From a bacterium (GTDB lineage Bacteria > Zhuqueibacterota > Zhuqueibacteria > Zhuqueibacterales > Zhuqueibacteraceae), in the NCBI GenBank assembly GCA_044869275.1, contig JBIOXB010000103.1:1-25483 (forward strand): a DNA stretch of 25,483 bases. Direction: 5' to 3'. Positions 8,081 through 16,362 of the stretch are shown here, piece after piece. The first letter of the stretch is position 1, and each line of letters starts with the position of its first letter. Position numbers and translations under genes: made by a program. Under the pieces are notes generated by a model, which was not told the origin of the DNA, ran no database searches, and worked only from the letters and a program-made list of their open reading frames with translations.

Positions 8081-8713
8081 ATGGCCAAGGTTCTCATCGC
8101 AGACGATCATCCGCTGTTTCGCCGCGGATTGAAGCAACTGCTCTTCTCCATCTTCGACCAATGGCAGGTGGATGAGGCCGGCAGCGGACAGGAGATTTTA
8201 GATCGCGTCTGGCGGGAAGATTATGATCTCGTTTTTTTAGACATTGGCTTGCCCGGCCGCAGCGGCCTGGAAATTCTGGAGGAGATCATGCGCGCCAAGC
8301 CGGAGACGCGGGTCTTGATCTTGAGCATGTACTCCGAAGATCAATATGCCGCGCCCGCCATCAAAGCCGGCGCCGCCGGGTTCATCGGCAAAGACGGCGA
8401 CCCGCAAGAATTGATCGCCGCGGTCAATAGGGTCTTGAAAGGCGAGGCATATTTTCACACCGGCGTGCTGCGGAAGCTCTCGGCGGAAATAAAAGATGGC
8501 ACCGGGAAAGCGCCGCACGAACGGCTTTCGGTACGGGAGCATGAGATTATGCGCTTGATCGTGAAAGGCGAAAAACTGTCCCAAATTGCCAAGCAGCTTG
8601 CCATCAGCAAAAGCGCCGTCAGCGCATATCGTGCGCGGATCCTGAAAAAAATGGGCATGAAAACCAATAGCGACATCATTCAATATGCGGTGAAAGCCAG
8701 GCTTTTGGATTAG
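8081..8713 (+). CDS. NarL/UvrY(GacA)-family DNA-binding response regulator
   Basis: 210 aa. Receiver motifs 'ADDHPLFRRG', 'FLDIGLPG', 'LSMY', 'GFIGK' and LuxR HTH 'LSVREHEI...GEKLSQIAKQLAISKSAVSAYRARILKKM'. RBS AGGAG. Confidence 0.95.
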   Translation: MAKVLIADDHPLFRRGLKQLLFSIFDQWQVDEAGSGQEILDRVWREDYDLVFLDIGLPGRSGLEILEEIMRAKPETRVLILSMYSEDQYAAPAIKAGAAGFIGKDGDPQELIAAVNRVLKGEAYFHTGVLRKLSAEIKDGTGKAPHERLSVREHEIMRLIVKGEKLSQIAKQLAISKSAVSAYRARILKKMGMKTNSDIIQYAVKARLLD

Positions 8714-8848
8714 GCGCCATCCGAAAACCTCATTCTGTCATGCAGAAGGCATTTTGGTAGATTCGGCACTCAGGCCTGAACTGTACTGCACCTGTGTCAA
8801 CCAAGATCCCTGCGGGATGACATATCAGGGTTTTCGGACAGGCTCTTA
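8711..8848. mobile_element. MITE-like element with a TGTCAT...GGATGACA core and different outer IRs
   Basis: IR tccgaaaacc (8720-8729) / ggttttcgga (8829-8838). The right end reads TAAGAGCCTGTCCGAAAA on the minus strand. Core is tgtcat (8736) ... aagatccctgcgggatgaca (to 8822). Confidence 0.55.
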
Positions 8849-8857
8849 AGGAGAGCT

Positions 8858-8896
8858 TGTCGTATTTATACTACACGGTAATGTAAAGATACTACA
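8858..8896 (+). promoter_or_regulatory. Putative NarL/UvrY-family regulator binding box plus second half-site (copy B)
   Basis: Near-palindrome TGTCGTATTTATACTACA (8858-8875), then TGTAAAGATACTACA (8882-8896). Confidence 0.6.
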
Positions 8897-8918
8897 AACG
8901 TATTGCAACTTCAGCGTC

Positions 8919-8947
8919 TTGCTTCTCGCCCTCGCATTATGTATTAT
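8919..8947 (+). promoter_or_regulatory. Putative sigma70 promoter for the 9386 gene
   Basis: TTGCTT (8919-8924), 17-bp spacer, TATTAT (8942-8947). Confidence 0.55.
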
Positions 8948-9385
8948 GGTCAGCATTTCTTGCGGCTGATTTGGGGAGTGAAACTACATTCTTGCTTTCC
9001 CAATTACTTTCCAAACTTTCCAAAGCGACAGCCAGCCTCTTTGGGCATTTCTGCGAATTGTATAACGTTTGTTCTTGACCCATGTCACTCTGCTGCCGTC
9101 CTGTATCAATGAGGGGGGCAGCAGAGATGATTTCTCGTGGAAGGAATCTTTTGGGATGAGGTATTTCTCACCACCTTTGAGCCCCGGTGAGCTATTCGGC
9201 GCGGCGGTTCTTCTTACCGATGAAATGGTGTTTTCTCACTTTAACAAGAACGCTTCACTTACTATTGAGGAGGAAATTCTCAAAACTCCTAGGCTAAGGA
9301 AATTTGCGAGTAAGACAGATGAATGCAACGAACCTAGTACCTTGTCTCACTTTTGGTGGGACCCAATATTTCAAGGAGAGGACTT

Positions 9386-11254
9386 ATGAAGAAAATCGTT
9401 AGTGCATTATGCGTGCTTGCGCTGGGTGTATTTTGGGCTGCTCAGGCGACATTCGCGCAATGCGAGGACGATGATCCGTCTTCGCCAGTTGGTATCACGC
9501 CGACGCTTGTAGCGGGCAATCCCAGTTTGTGTGAGCGTGGCACGCGGATTGATCCCCCCGTTTCAGGCAGCTATAACCTCGACACGTTTGGCAACCAGGT
9601 AACGATCACAATCACTTCTTCCGCTTGTGGAGAAGTTTTCAGTTGGAGTGTTCCAGGTAACATCGTCATTGATCAAATCGTAGCCAAAGGCGGGAACCAA
9701 GGAGCCAATGTCTACGACTATACAGGTGAAACCTCAAGTCCCACCTCCGACGGGTATCTACACGCGCCGAGGAATTTTAATGACAATACCGGAGTGTACA
9801 GCACAACGTATGCCGATCTAAGCCACATCGACTTCTGCTTCCACTACAAGCTGGACATTTCCAAAACTGCCGCAACCAGCTACACCCGGACGTTCAAGTG
9901 GAGCATTGACAAGAGCTGCGACGGCCCCGCTGAATTGACTCTCACCGAAGGGCAGACGTACAATTACCCGTTCTCCTGGACTGTCGATGCCACCCCCGAG
10001 GACAGCGACTTCGAGGTGACCGGGACAATTAGGATTGAAAACAACACACCTCTTTCTGCTACGATTACCAGTGTGACGGATCAGCTTTCTGATGGTACTG
10101 AGGCTTCGGTCGTTTGTAGTGGCTCTTTCACCCTGGCCGCAGGCGAGTTCCTGGAGTGCACTTATACGGCAGCACCAGGCGACGCCGATCCGGGCACCAA
10201 TACCGTTACGGTCGAGACCAACACCGACTTGGTTGAAGGCGGAACTGCGACGGCACCTTACGAGTTCGGCGAACCGACGACCAAGGTTGATGAGTGCGTC
10301 ACCGTCACCGACGATTGCAACGACCCGGTTACGGTCTGTGCGGACGACGCTCCGCACACGCTAGAATACGAATGCCCGATTTCCTATCCCAGTTGCGGCG
10401 AGAAAACCTATACTAACACCGCAAGCTTTACGACCGAGAATAATGGCGTGACGGGCAGCGACGATTGCACTGTTGCAGTCACGGTTACCTGCAGCGGCCA
10501 TGGCTGCACGTTGACGCAGGGCTATTGGAAGACGCATTCCAAGTACGGTCCAGCCCCACATGATGACACCTGGGATCAGATTGGTGAGGACACACAGTTT
10601 TTCTCCAGTGGAAAGACCTACTATCAAGTATTGTGGACTGCACCCGCTGGCAATGCCTACTACATCCTGGCGCATCAGTATATTGCTGCCCTGTTGAACA
10701 TCGAGAACGGTGCATCAACTACGCCAGCGGTTGATGCGGCGTTAGCGGCTGCCACCACTTTCTTCAACACCTACACGCCAAGCAGTACACTTACAAGAGC
10801 GCAACGCAATGCGGCGCTTGCTTTGGCAACCACCCTCGATCAGTACAACAACGGTCTGATTGGCCCAGGACATTGCTCGGAAGAATCCAGCACTTCTTCC
10901 TCCACAACCTCGGCTTCGCCAGCCACTTCTGAAAAACTGGCTGAACAGTCTCTGAACAAGACCGAGACAGCCAGCACACTGGTGCCCGAAGCATTTGCCT
11001 TGGCGCAGAACTATCCGAACCCGTTCAACCCGTCAACCACCTTCTCCTTCGATCTGCCGAAGAGCAGCACGGTGAAGTTGACCATCTTCAACCTGGCGGG
11101 CCAGGAAGTGGCAGTCGTGGTCAACGGCACGTTGGGCGCCGGACGCCACACCTTCGTCTGGGAAGCTCCTGCCAATCTCATTTCCGGCATCTACTTCTAT
11201 AAGTTGCAGACGGCAGAGTTCACCAGCGTGAAGAAGATGATCTTCCAGAAGTAG
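9386..11254 (+). CDS. Secreted Cys-rich multidomain protein with T9SS type A (Por secretion) C-terminal sorting domain
   Basis: ATG at 9386 follows RBS AAGGAG. Sec signal 'MKKIVSALCVLALGVFWAAQATFA', Thr-rich beta domains, 'GCTLTQGYWKTH...LAHQYIAALLN...LDQYNNG' helical domain, Ser/Thr linker, C-terminal tag 'PEAFALAQNYPNPFNPST...SGIYFYKLQ...KKMIFQK'. Confidence 0.9.
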   Translation: MKKIVSALCVLALGVFWAAQATFAQCEDDDPSSPVGITPTLVAGNPSLCERGTRIDPPVSGSYNLDTFGNQVTITITSSACGEVFSWSVPGNIVIDQIVAKGGNQGANVYDYTGETSSPTSDGYLHAPRNFNDNTGVYSTTYADLSHIDFCFHYKLDISKTAATSYTRTFKWSIDKSCDGPAELTLTEGQTYNYPFSWTVDATPEDSDFEVTGTIRIENNTPLSATITSVTDQLSDGTEASVVCSGSFTLAAGEFLECTYTAAPGDADPGTNTVTVETNTDLVEGGTATAPYEFGEPTTKVDECVTVTDDCNDPVTVCADDAPHTLEYECPISYPSCGEKTYTNTASFTTENNGVTGSDDCTVAVTVTCSGHGCTLTQGYWKTHSKYGPAPHDDTWDQIGEDTQFFSSGKTYYQVLWTAPAGNAYYILAHQYIAALLNIENGASTTPAVDAALAAATTFFNTYTPSSTLTRAQRNAALALATTLDQYNNGLIGPGHCSEESSTSSSTTSASPATSEKLAEQSLNKTETASTLVPEAFALAQNYPNPFNPSTTFSFDLPKSSTVKLTIFNLAGQEVAVVVNGTLGAGRHTFVWEAPANLISGIYFYKLQTAEFTSVKKMIFQK

Positions 11255-11270
11255 TTTCGGAGAAGTTCAG

Positions 11271-11303
11271 CACTGACCGGTCACTGCCAGTGACCGGTCA
11301 GTG
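11271..11303. repeat. Perfect 33-bp palindrome (16-bp arms, 1-nt centre)
   Basis: cactgaccggtcactg-c-cagtgaccggtcagtg, flanked by direct repeats gagaagttca at 11260-11269 and 11307-11316. Confidence 0.85.
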
Positions 11304-11371
11304 GTTGAGAAGTTCATCGCAATAGGGTCAAAACCAATACCGCCCTGTAATGAGGAGGGGGGAGCATAGGG

Positions 11372-11405
11372 CTCCCGCCTCCTTAACAGTGCGGGGGGAG
11401 TTTTT
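11372..11405 (+). terminator. Possible intrinsic terminator after the T9SS-tagged gene
   Basis: Imperfect GC stem ctcccgc...gcggggggag followed by T5. Confidence 0.35.
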
Positions 11406-11637
11406 GAAAAACAAAATGGCATTTGCGCGAGTGCTAATTCACTAGCAAACAGATGCCCTTTTGTTTTTTCTCGAGCTGGCAAAATTCACGAGGCAAAAGC
11501 TGAAATGAGGTGAGACGATAAGAGACCGCTTAAGCTGTTGCCGAAAGAGTTGTTAGAAGGCAAAGTCTTCTTGGCTGGTGGATGACTTTGCTTTGGGGCT
11601 AAATCATCAGTCAAACTTTTAAGAATGGGGTTTAGCT

Positions 11638-12258
11638 ATGAACCGTGTAACAATTCTCTGCGCCATTCTAATCGGGGCACTCTTCACCGTGGGCTGCAAT
11701 GAGCAGAAGGTGCCGGTATCGATGTCAGAAAACACACTAGTAACTCCGGCCAGTCTTGCCAAAGGGCCACCACCTACGTCTGGGCCAATTGTTATAAGGT
11801 CCCAAACGCTATTTGCCGTATTTTTCGTCGATTTGGATAAGGGGATAAGTGCTAGCATCGGTGCGGATCCCGTTGAGTTTTGCAGCGGAATTATCGACTT
11901 CGACATAGTTGAGCTGCAAGAAATCAGTGTCCCCGAGGACGCGAATAGGCTTATTGACCTGGTAAAAGGCAGCAACGTGACTGCTTCGGTTTGGCCATTC
12001 ACAACTTTCGACTGCGACCTATTCGCCAACACCACACCGCTCGCCACTGGAACGGTCAAGCTAGTCAATACCGACAACGATCTATTGATTTTCTTAAACC
12101 CGGACCATAAAAACTCGAATGCATTTGGGTTCACCGCTCAGGGCAGACTGAATCGTCCCGACGGCACGAAAGCGAGTTTTAACGCAGTCAGCAAATGCGT
12201 CTGGGATGGGGACGATATTGCATCCTTGAAATGCGTTGAGAAGATCAATCTGAATTGA
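11638..12258 (+). CDS. Uncharacterised lipoprotein
   Basis: 206 aa. Signal 'MNRVTILCAILIGALFTVGC' with lipobox VGC (Cys20), four further Cys, beta-rich mature region, tandem TGATGA stop. Confidence 0.8.
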   Translation: MNRVTILCAILIGALFTVGCNEQKVPVSMSENTLVTPASLAKGPPPTSGPIVIRSQTLFAVFFVDLDKGISASIGADPVEFCSGIIDFDIVELQEISVPEDANRLIDLVKGSNVTASVWPFTTFDCDLFANTTPLATGTVKLVNTDNDLLIFLNPDHKNSNAFGFTAQGRLNRPDGTKASFNAVSKCVWDGDDIASLKCVEKINLN

Positions 12259-12588
12259 TGAGAACCGGCCTGGTTTCATGGCCGAGGGCGGCGAATAATT
12301 CACGATGGGCTATAGCAGCTAAGGCAGTTGACAACTTCAAGGCCGATTGCAAATAGGTCGTCTGGATCGGAGTCTGGTTAGAAAGGGTCCAGTTAACCTT
12401 GGCTCTCGTCCGGAGTGAAAGGGTGACACGAATGGGGAGAAATGTTTACGGCTTAACTTTGCAGTACAAATAAAGAAGTTTGTCAAAACTGGGGTGGGGT
12501 CAAAAGTAAAACAGTTTTGAACTGGGTGGTGGGGGCATGCTGTTGCTGTTTACCTCATTCAGCCAGAGGCCCTTCTCTGGCTGAACTT

Positions 12589-14544
12589 TTATTTCCGCGC
12601 TGCCAGCTGTTGCAGAAAAATCCTCGCCGGCTGAAAATTCGGATCTTCCTGCAACAACCCCATCAGAAGTTTCCTGGCCATTTCGACATTCCCCGCGTCC
12701 GCATAAAATCCCGCCAAATAGAAGCGCGCGTTCTGCCTCTCGGCGCGATTCAAATCCGGCTGGTTCAAAGCGCTGGTCATGGATTGGCAGGCGGCGCCGA
12801 ATTTCTTCTGCTGCCACTGCGCCATCGCGATTTGATAGAGCATCATGCCCTTTTTTTCCGAGTACGCCAAAGTCTTCAATAAAAAAGCCTCGCGCTGATC
12901 CCACGCTTTTTCGATTTCGTAGGTCTTCGCCACTTGTTGATAAGGATACGGATCTTCGGGCACGAACACACTCACGGCGAGATATTCCCCGCGGGCGCGC
13001 TCGAAATCATTTTTCTTAACATATTCCTCCGCCAGCTTGTAATGCGCACGCGACCAAACATTGTTCACAAACAAGTACTCCCTGGCTAGGGCGGCGGTCA
13101 ATGAATCGCCGTAGGGTTTGTAGTCTGCCAGTGTCACCGCTTTCTCGGGAAATGGCCAGTGGTGGATCATCTCAAAAATCTTGAGCCGGCCAATATCCCA
13201 ATCCAATGCGGTCACATGGTAGGGCTCAGCCGGCGGGGTGAAGCCTGGTGCGGGATTTTTCAGCAGCCCGGAAGCTTGCAGGGCTTCATAAAAAGCCAGC
13301 GCCATGAGATAATAGCCCCGGGGATCGGGATGCAGGTGATCGACCATGAGGTTGTCGCCGATCAGCCCTTGCGGCGAGTGCCGGGCGAAGGCCTTGTGCA
13401 TATCGACGAAACGTGCGCCGTGTTTTCGCGCCAGCTCTCGGATCAGCTCGCCGGTTTCTGCGCCGGCGCGAAAGCGCATCACATCGCGGTCTCTCGCGCC
13501 ATTGAGATAGTGCAACGCTGCAACCGTGTCATGCAAGGCGGCATAGGCGCGGCCCAGTCTGAACCACAATTGTGCCGCGCTGGAATCCTGCGCGAAAGCC
13601 TTTTGAAAATAAGCGGCGCTTTCAACATAGAGGCTGCGATGGAAGAGACTGTCGCCGCGTGAAATTGCGGTTTGATACGCCATTTGCGAAGCTTCACCCG
13701 CAAGCTTGGGACTCTCGCTGGCAAAGGGAGGAAGATCGCGAATATTAGCCACCAGATTGCTCATGAGCACCGGAACGTTTTGCTGTGCGCATGCTTCCAG
13801 GATGTGGCTCAAGTTGGCGGAAAAGTTTTGCAACGTGCGCACATACTTTCCGGATTGATAGGGAATCGCTTGATCCCGAATGACCTCGGCCATCAGCGAT
13901 CGGTTTGTGGGGTGCAACCGCCGCGCCGGAGAGAGCCAGGAAATGAAACGCTTCAGCATCTGGACGAGGTACAGCTTTTGCAATTTCAAATAGAGGCGAA
14001 TGAAGCCGCCATTCTGGCCGAGGGCAACGGTCGAAGCGCTGCCATACGCGCCGTAGAATTCATTGTGCCCCATGTAGATGATGATCAGATCCGGCTGGCA
14101 GGCGAGAAGGTCGGGGAGAAGATCGATGACGGTAAAACTATTGATCGCGGAGATGCCGGCATTGATCACTTCAAAACGATTTTCCGGATAAGCTTGCGTG
14201 AGCAGATAACGCAGTTGGGCGGGGAAGGGCACCTGGCAATCGAAGGGAAATCCGGCGGTGGTTGATTCTCCCAGGCAGAAGATGCGGAATGTTTTCGCGT
14301 CTTTTTGTTTGACAAATCTTTCCGGCTGCAGCCCGGGAATGGTGACGCGCTTGGGGTCAAAATATCTTTTCGCCACCCATGGGTTGAATTGATAGTATTC
14401 TTTGCCGCTCTTTTGAGTAGTGAGGATAAACGGTTCTTGCGGGAAGAGGTCCAAGAGTCGTAGAGCCGCCTCGACGACAGCGAAGCAAGCGAAGGGTAAC
14501 AGAAAAAGCAAAATTGAAAAGACAACTCTGCGCGAACGTTTCAT
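12589..14544 (-). CDS. Membrane-anchored SGNH/GDSL hydrolase-family protein with TPR repeats
   Basis: Preferred start is ATG 14544 after RBS GAGGTG. N-terminal TM; SGNH blocks 'LGESTTAG', 'NAGISAINS', 'YMGHNE', 'DHLHP'; TPR-like helices inside and at the C-terminus. Confidence 0.88.
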   Translation of the reverse strand: MKRSRRVVFSILLFLLPFACFAVVEAALRLLDLFPQEPFILTTQKSGKEYYQFNPWVAKRYFDPKRVTIPGLQPERFVKQKDAKTFRIFCLGESTTAGFPFDCQVPFPAQLRYLLTQAYPENRFEVINAGISAINSFTVIDLLPDLLACQPDLIIIYMGHNEFYGAYGSASTVALGQNGGFIRLYLKLQKLYLVQMLKRFISWLSPARRLHPTNRSLMAEVIRDQAIPYQSGKYVRTLQNFSANLSHILEACAQQNVPVLMSNLVANIRDLPPFASESPKLAGEASQMAYQTAISRGDSLFHRSLYVESAAYFQKAFAQDSSAAQLWFRLGRAYAALHDTVAALHYLNGARDRDVMRFRAGAETGELIRELARKHGARFVDMHKAFARHSPQGLIGDNLMVDHLHPDPRGYYLMALAFYEALQASGLLKNPAPGFTPPAEPYHVTALDWDIGRLKIFEMIHHWPFPEKAVTLADYKPYGDSLTAALAREYLFVNNVWSRAHYKLAEEYVKKNDFERARGEYLAVSVFVPEDPYPYQQVAKTYEIEKAWDQREAFLLKTLAYSEKKGMMLYQIAMAQWQQKKFGAACQSMTSALNQPDLNRAERQNARFYLAGFYADAGNVEMARKLLMGLLQEDPNFQPARIFLQQLAARK

Positions 14545-14573
14545 CAATCTCACCTCATAGCGCCCGGCAGAAA

Positions 14574-16178
14574 TCATCGGAACACCCACCACAACACCAG
14601 AAGCAGCACGGCCAATCCCGCAGACGCGAGCACATTCACTTTGTGCCACGGCGTTTTTTCGTTCAAAATTTCACCCGCCTCCGAGAAGGTGAGATGCGTC
14701 AGTTTCTTGCGATTGGGTGCTTCCGTCGCCAGGCTCACGGCAACCAAAACCGCCGAGCACACCACGAACAAGAAAATGGCGTAATGCAAGAAATTTACCG
14801 AAGCGACATAGCTCAAAAATGGATGCGAGAGGGGAGAGATTTTATGCTGTATTTCCAAAAAGAAGCGCACGGCGCCGAGCGCGAGCCCGGTGAACATGGA
14901 GGCGACCGCGCCTTTGCCGTTGACGCGATTCCACGTGATGCCGAACAGGAAACACGCGGCAATCGGCGGGGAGACATAAGCTTGCACGCTTTGCAAATAA
15001 ACGTACATGCGCTCGTCGCTCAATAACCCGATGAAAGGAATCCAGAGCAGGCCCAGCAATACCATGACGCCGGTGGCGAGGCGGCCGAAGCGAACCGTTG
15101 CCTGTTCATCCGCGCCGGGCTTCAATCTTTGAAAAATGTCGATCGTGAGCAGGGTGGAAGTAGAGTTGAACATCGCGCTGAGCGAAGACATGAGAGCCGC
15201 CAGCAAACCCGCCACCACCAATCCTTTCACGCCGGAAGGGAGCAGAGTCGTCACCATCCAGGCATAAGCACGATCCCCCGTCACTTCGCCGTTTGACAAA
15301 GCATAGGCAATAATTCCCGGCAACACCAGAATAAAAACCGGAAGGATTTTGAGAAAGCCGGCGAAGATCGTGCCGCCGCGCGCATGATCGAGATTCTTGG
15401 CGCTCAGCACACGCTGTACAATATATTGATCCGTGCACCAATACCAAATGCCCAAAATCGGCGCGCCGAATACGATACCCGTCCACGGAAAGTCCGGATC
15501 GCTCATGGGCTTGAACATGCTCCAAAACTCCGGCGGCGTCTTGGCGACCAGCGCCTCCCAGCCGCCCACGCGCTCCAAGCCCAGTAGCGTCAGCGCCAGG
15601 GAGCCGGCAATGAGAATGAACATTTGCACGAGATCGGTGTAGATCACCGCCGCGAGGCCGCCCATGATGGTGTAGATGCCGGTGGCGATCACGATCACGA
15701 CGGCCGAGGTGTACATGTTCCAGCCCACGACGGCATGCAGTAGAATACCGCCGGCATAAAGCGAGATGGAGATTTTGGTCAGGACGTATGCGATGATGGA
15801 AACGATGCTGAGATAATAACGCGCGGTACTGTTGTAGCGCCGTTCCAAGAACTCCGGCATGGTGAACACGCCGGATTTTAAATAGAAAGGCGTAAACACC
15901 CAGCCGAGCAGCAGCAGGATCAACACCGCCAGCCATTCGAAATTGCCCACGGCCAGTCCTGATTTCGAGCCCGTGCCGGCGAGGCCAAGAAAATGCTCGC
16001 TCGAAATATTGGTGGCAAACAGCGAAGCGCCAATGGCAATCCAGCCCACGTGCCGGCCGGCGAGAAAATACTCCTCGCGATTGCGACCGCGCTTGCGAAA
16101 GGAAACTCCGATGCCGAGGACGAGAATAAAATACACTGCGATGATGATGAGGTCAACGGTGGCGAGTGAACCGTTCAT
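14574..16178 (-). CDS. Sodium:solute symporter (SSS/SLC5 family, SGLT-like sugar transporter)
   Basis: Preferred start is ATG 16178 after GAGGAAGG. Motifs 'YFLAGR', 'SLFATNISSEHFLGLAG', 'TMPEFLERRY', 'GGLAAVIYTD', 'WYWCTDQYIVQRVLSAK', 'AALMSSLS'. Confidence 0.95.
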   Translation of the reverse strand: MNGSLATVDLIIIAVYFILVLGIGVSFRKRGRNREEYFLAGRHVGWIAIGASLFATNISSEHFLGLAGTGSKSGLAVGNFEWLAVLILLLLGWVFTPFYLKSGVFTMPEFLERRYNSTARYYLSIVSIIAYVLTKISISLYAGGILLHAVVGWNMYTSAVVIVIATGIYTIMGGLAAVIYTDLVQMFILIAGSLALTLLGLERVGGWEALVAKTPPEFWSMFKPMSDPDFPWTGIVFGAPILGIWYWCTDQYIVQRVLSAKNLDHARGGTIFAGFLKILPVFILVLPGIIAYALSNGEVTGDRAYAWMVTTLLPSGVKGLVVAGLLAALMSSLSAMFNSTSTLLTIDIFQRLKPGADEQATVRFGRLATGVMVLLGLLWIPFIGLLSDERMYVYLQSVQAYVSPPIAACFLFGITWNRVNGKGAVASMFTGLALGAVRFFLEIQHKISPLSHPFLSYVASVNFLHYAIFLFVVCSAVLVAVSLATEAPNRKKLTHLTFSEAGEILNEKTPWHKVNVLASAGLAVLLLVLWWVFR

Positions 16179-16287
16179 AGGCCTTCCTCGAGTTGGTGGA
16201 GAGGACCATCCAAACCGAGCCAAATTCAGCCCGGCTTGCGCGCTGGATCGCGGGACAGCGTTGCCTGAGATGTTACAGTATTGAAAG

Positions 16288-16302
16288 ACAAGAATGATGC
16301 CA
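16288..16302 (-). promoter_or_regulatory. Putative sigma54 (-24/-12) promoter for the SSS-SGNH operon
   Basis: Minus strand TGGCATCATTCTTGT versus consensus TGGCAC-N5-TTGC (GT instead of GC at -12). It lies directly downstream of a sigma54 activator gene. Confidence 0.55.
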
Positions 16303-16362
16303 GCACGGCAGTCAACATAACTTGCGATGTAAGGCGCTTGCTGGTATCTGTGGGGCTTAAAA

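Noticed and set aside
8903..9389. ORFs 8903-9112 and 9069-9389
   Set aside because: Non-ATG starts, overlap with the predicted promoter and leader, and no protein-like features.
11476..11546. Possible c-di-GMP-I riboswitch (ggcaaa...gttgccgaaa)
   Set aside because: It lacks the GNRA-capped P2 stem and the GACGCAAAGC junction; only the ends resemble the motif.
12481..12526. IS-end-like short motifs (tgtcaaaactggg; also 4858-4870 and 19734-19752)
   Set aside because: Too short and unpaired to call as elements, and no transposase remnant is seen.
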